In this document: positions 60,141 to 64,000 of the stretch, piece by piece
Position numbering within the stretch: position 1 is the first letter of the stretch
How the letters are laid out: every line of letters begins with the position of its first letter
Assembly: GCA_976551045.1 (NCBI GenBank)
Contig: CDPCPM010000054.1
Span: 24,366,001-24,430,000, forward strand
Length of the DNA stretch: 64,000 nucleotides
Origin: Glaucostegus cemiculus
Taxonomy: Eukaryota
Reading direction: 5' to 3'
Notes under the pieces: generated by a model
What the model saw: the letters and a program-made list of their open reading frames with translations, nothing else
The model's database searches: none
What the model was told of the DNA's origin: nothing
Made by a program: the position numbers and the translations under genes

Positions 60141-62484
60141 CAAACATCTTTTTAATAAAAAATGCACACGAGATCCCTTGCAGAAGATACGTCATCATTG
60201 AGCATGTGTTCATAAATACTCTGATATAAAATTCTTATTAACTTAGCTGAATTATGTTTTCATAACTGGAGCTTAAAATGTCCATGTCATGGCACAAAAT
60301 TATTCTTCAAAGTGATACTGACATTGTTTCTACCCAGTATTTGGGTTTTGATATTCTGCATTGGTTGAAACTAGGTTGACAGAAAATAGTGTACGGGAAG
60401 TTGGTATTAAGTGTAATTATGTATGATAAAGCAAATCCATTTATTGTATAGAAGCTTTGCAATGCAATAGTGAAATTTCCTGTAATCTTAGATCACAGGT
60501 GTATGTTTGTAATGATCTGGATCTTGGAACTGGTTTATTAAGAGAACTCGGACTGAATTGTTTCAGTGAACAGCTTTCAATATTTTTGAAAGCCTTGTTG
60601 CTGAGGCTTTCTCTTTAATTGTTAGAGAAAATAGGCAACTAGATTGTCTTAAATGCTGAAGTGTTCGTAGTATTTAGAAGCTGCCTCTGTAGCACACTGA
60701 ACTAAATCAAAAACAGTTCTATTTTCAAATTAACCCACTGAAAATTACCCATTCATTGTGTTCCATCATCTGTAGCAGAAAATTTTATTAGCAACAGAGG
60801 GAGCTATTATGACTAATCTTGGGGAATCCCATCATTCTCTCAGCAGTTTTTGGAAGCCTCACTGTCGACTGCTGCTGGAACCGTTTGTATAATGCTGGGG
60901 TTGTGTTGTGGTCTGTTGGCTGGATTTGCAAGTATAGTTCCTTTTTATTGTGGCAACTAATTTTGCTGTCTGATTAGCAGCAACAGCAGTTCATTGTTTA
61001 ATTCCATGTGAATGAACTAGTTGTTGAAGCATTTCAAATAGTGCAAATGGGCCAGAAGATTTTTGTATATTAACATAGGTCAGAGATTTCCCAGTCACCA
61101 TTTATTATTGAATAGTGGAATCTTTGAAATCAATGTACAGTTTGAATAAAAATCTTTTAGAATTTGGTTAGGTGAATATCTCTCGATTGGTGTTAGGTAA
61201 CCTCAGTATCTTGGTAATACTTGGTTCTTTTACATTAGTGTAGTATCTGACATTATATACTACAATGGCAGCAAGACTCAAAACGTATTTTATTCCTGAA
61301 GTTCAATGCTCTGTACATGTGCCTCTTTAGGTAGAGTACAGAATTGGGAACTTGGAGCCTAGTTAGAACTTATGTGAAATTCCTGCTTGTTTGAAGTTAC
61401 AAGTTCTAAGTGTGGACTTGTTGGATAAGATGGTTAGAAGAAGAATGATCACCCTCTTCTGAACAATGACTACTTTAATTCATCAGTGCACCCAGTAGTG
61501 AAAGATGTTAAATAGAGAAAGGAGATTGGTAGGTACACAGCTGATGTTGCACACCCTCCCATCCTCACGCCCACTAGCCCCAGTGGTATTAATTGCAAAA
61601 GCACATAGAGCCAAGGCCATTTAGGATATAGATCACTTATGATCTTCATTGATGGAACTCAATTAATGGGTTGAACAACTTTCTCTAACTGCGAGGTTTT
61701 CCCAGTAAATTACATTAACTGAATGGTTGAAGTTGAGATAAAATCTTTTATAGGATGGATCTGTGCACTGGAATCAATGTGTATAACTGTCAATATGCTT
61801 AGAATTAATCACATTTTATGAAACAAAATGAACTAAGCGTTAGTCATTATGAAAACTTTTTTAAAATGAATTGATCTTGAAAAGATGTTCAATTTTTTTG
61901 TTGTATGTAGAGGACCAATTGACTCATTTTTATCAGAAATTGATGCAGTAGACATTAACTCCTTTATAGCTTCAATGGCGTCCCTTAATGAAGCCAAAAT
62001 ATTGTATTGAATTGGATTAAGAGATCACCAATGCTTCCTTCCCAAACCAGTCTTGAGTGCATTACTCATTGTAATGATCACCTTCATGTAAACTCAATTA
62101 AATTCTTTCCATAGAATTATGGGAAACATTGTTCTTGTGGAAGATGATGTTTTCTCTTTGTACTCAAATGTAACCTATTTTACAAAATTTCATAATCTGT
62201 TCAGTTCAATTTAGTGGGCAGTGTTTTTGTTCAAAGCAAGTTTATTTCTTTGCTGTAAATTGTTGTATTTCTGGACATTTAAAGAAGATGTTTGTTTTCC
62301 ATCATGCTGGTGTCTGCTTTTCCAAATGATCCTTGCAGAGCTTTAAGATTTTGAACCAGCGTTACCAATGTGTTTTAGAGTATGGTGTGGATTTTGATGA
62401 AGTTTACCATGTGCTTTTGGAGTCCAACACAGCAAAAATTGACTGCAGAATTAGCACTGCTTTAAAAAAGAATTTGTTAGTTTC

Positions 62485-62680
62485 TGGTATTGGTTTTGAT
62501 ATAGGTTTATTATTGTCACATGTACCGAGATACAATTAAAAGCTTTGTTTGCATGCCATCCAGGCAGAGCATACCGTATATAAGTACATCGAGGTAGCAA
62601 CAAGAAAACAGAATGCCAAATGTTGTATTGTAGCTGCAGAGAAAGTGCAGTGCAGATAGACAAATAAAATGCAAGGGCCT
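62485..62680 (-). mobile_element. Rex/Babar-type 3' tail
   Basis: ggtttattattgtcacatgtaccgagatac...gaaagtgcagtgcagatagacaaataaaatgcaaggg. Confidence 0.8.
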
Positions 62681-64000
62681 TACTAAACTAAAACTGAAGT
62701 AAGAACTGCAGATGCTAGAAACACAATAATATAATAAAGAAAATGTTGAAAATTCTCACCCTTGTAGCATCTGAAATACATGTGTAGCTAGACTTTGGAA
62801 AACAAACCGGAAAGCCATGATTTGACTTGCAGAACCTGGAAAGTATGGATGATGCATAAAAATTGTCATTTAGCCAGAGTAGCGTTGGCCTGCTTCTGAT
62901 CCCTGGTGTGTAATTAGCTTGTTGTAACTAGAGCGTGGATAAAGGGTGCTACAATTGGCTCTACCAGCCTGGCACTTGGGAGTAGGAAGAAGTAGGCCAG
63001 GGTTTAGTCCTTGTGCATACGTAAGAGCTTCTTGTGTGATAAATAACATTCACTCTACTAATTCATCTGCTGCTCATAGCTGTATGTCCTGACATTGAGA
63101 CTTGTTGTAGAGGGAAGTGGCTGGAGTGGTGGGATGTGAGAAAATGAAATAACAGACGGTTGTGAGGATGCAAGGTAATTTGACTGCAGAATTAGCACCT
63201 CCTGTTCTTTGCCACTTTGGAGTATATTACTACCATTCAATCATTCCGTCAATATTTTAAAGAACATTATTCACTCTGTGTGGAAAGCTGACTTTTTAAT
63301 TAAAACGGTACTGATCTTTGCCTCTGGGTTGGATTAGGTCAGCGTCATCCTGCTGGGCAAGATGTAGTCAATCAAATGTGATGGGATGGACAAGAGCCAA
63401 TCAGGCTGCTGAGTTGTTAGTGTACTTCAAGGGATTGATTGCTGCAGCACATCAGATGGATTGAATTTCCTGATCACTTTCATTCACTCCCCTGAAATAT
63501 GCAGCACCCATTAATGGCCATTTTATTAATCCTAATCTGTAAACTTATTTCTGTGCAAATTGAAGTAGAACTGCTCTGAAGACTTACCTAATGGGCATAA
63601 TAAGCTTAAATGCTCACTTCATTTGATGATCAGTGCATTGTGGGATTAGTCCAGGCAAAAAGTGAGTCACTGAACTAATATAACCCACACATGCTGTTTT
63701 GCTCGATTGCTAAAATAGCAGCAAACAAGGAGACTTGTTTTGTTACTGTAGCTTCAGTGGATACTTGGTCTGCAACATGAAATGTACAGTAACATTTGCT
63801 ATTTGAACCACAGCATTAGAATTTTAAATATTGTCCAAATTAGAAATGCTGTTAGTGTTCTACATCTGATTCCTGTTTTGTCTGCTGCATTTTCTGCCAT
63901 GGGAATAAACCAAAACTGGAATTGATGGTGGAAGACTATTTGTAGCAAGTAAAATATATAGTCATTGCTTGCTGATACTGTGATCCAGTGTTAAATTTGC

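Overview
Eukaryotic, repeat-rich, non-coding DNA. The repeat content (CR1/HER1-type LINEs, Rex1/Babar-type LINEs, HE1/V-type tRNA SINEs, Deu-domain SINE relics, Penelope-like fragments) points to a cartilaginous fish, probably a ray/batoid; this is an inference from repeat recognition. I find no intact host protein-coding gene. ORFs with recognisable protein are decayed retroelement pieces, and the rest are chance or GC-rich shadow ORFs. Bases 1-48.7 kb are a dense, often nested patchwork of retroelement fragments, with one solo LTR (11651-12353) and a 233-N gap. At about 48.7-51.5 kb lies a CpG island with a promoter signature and a probable non-coding first exon ending at a GTAAGA donor (50815|50816). 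The rest of the window looks like the first intron of an unidentified + strand gene. The most interesting signals are: (i) at least eight dispersed Penelope-type terminal-repeat copies that together rebuild a minimal type-I hammerhead ribozyme, plus a separate decayed GIY-YIG endonuclease; (ii) a ~200-bp local inverted duplication with microhomology that orders a multi-layer nest of insertions; (iii) one SINE head/core carried with two different LINE-derived tails; (iv) a compact C/EBP-AP1-STAT-ATF-ETS motif cluster and a six-run G-quadruplex upstream of the putative exon 1. Family names come from visual recognition, not from database searches, and most repeat boundaries are approximate (tens of bp).
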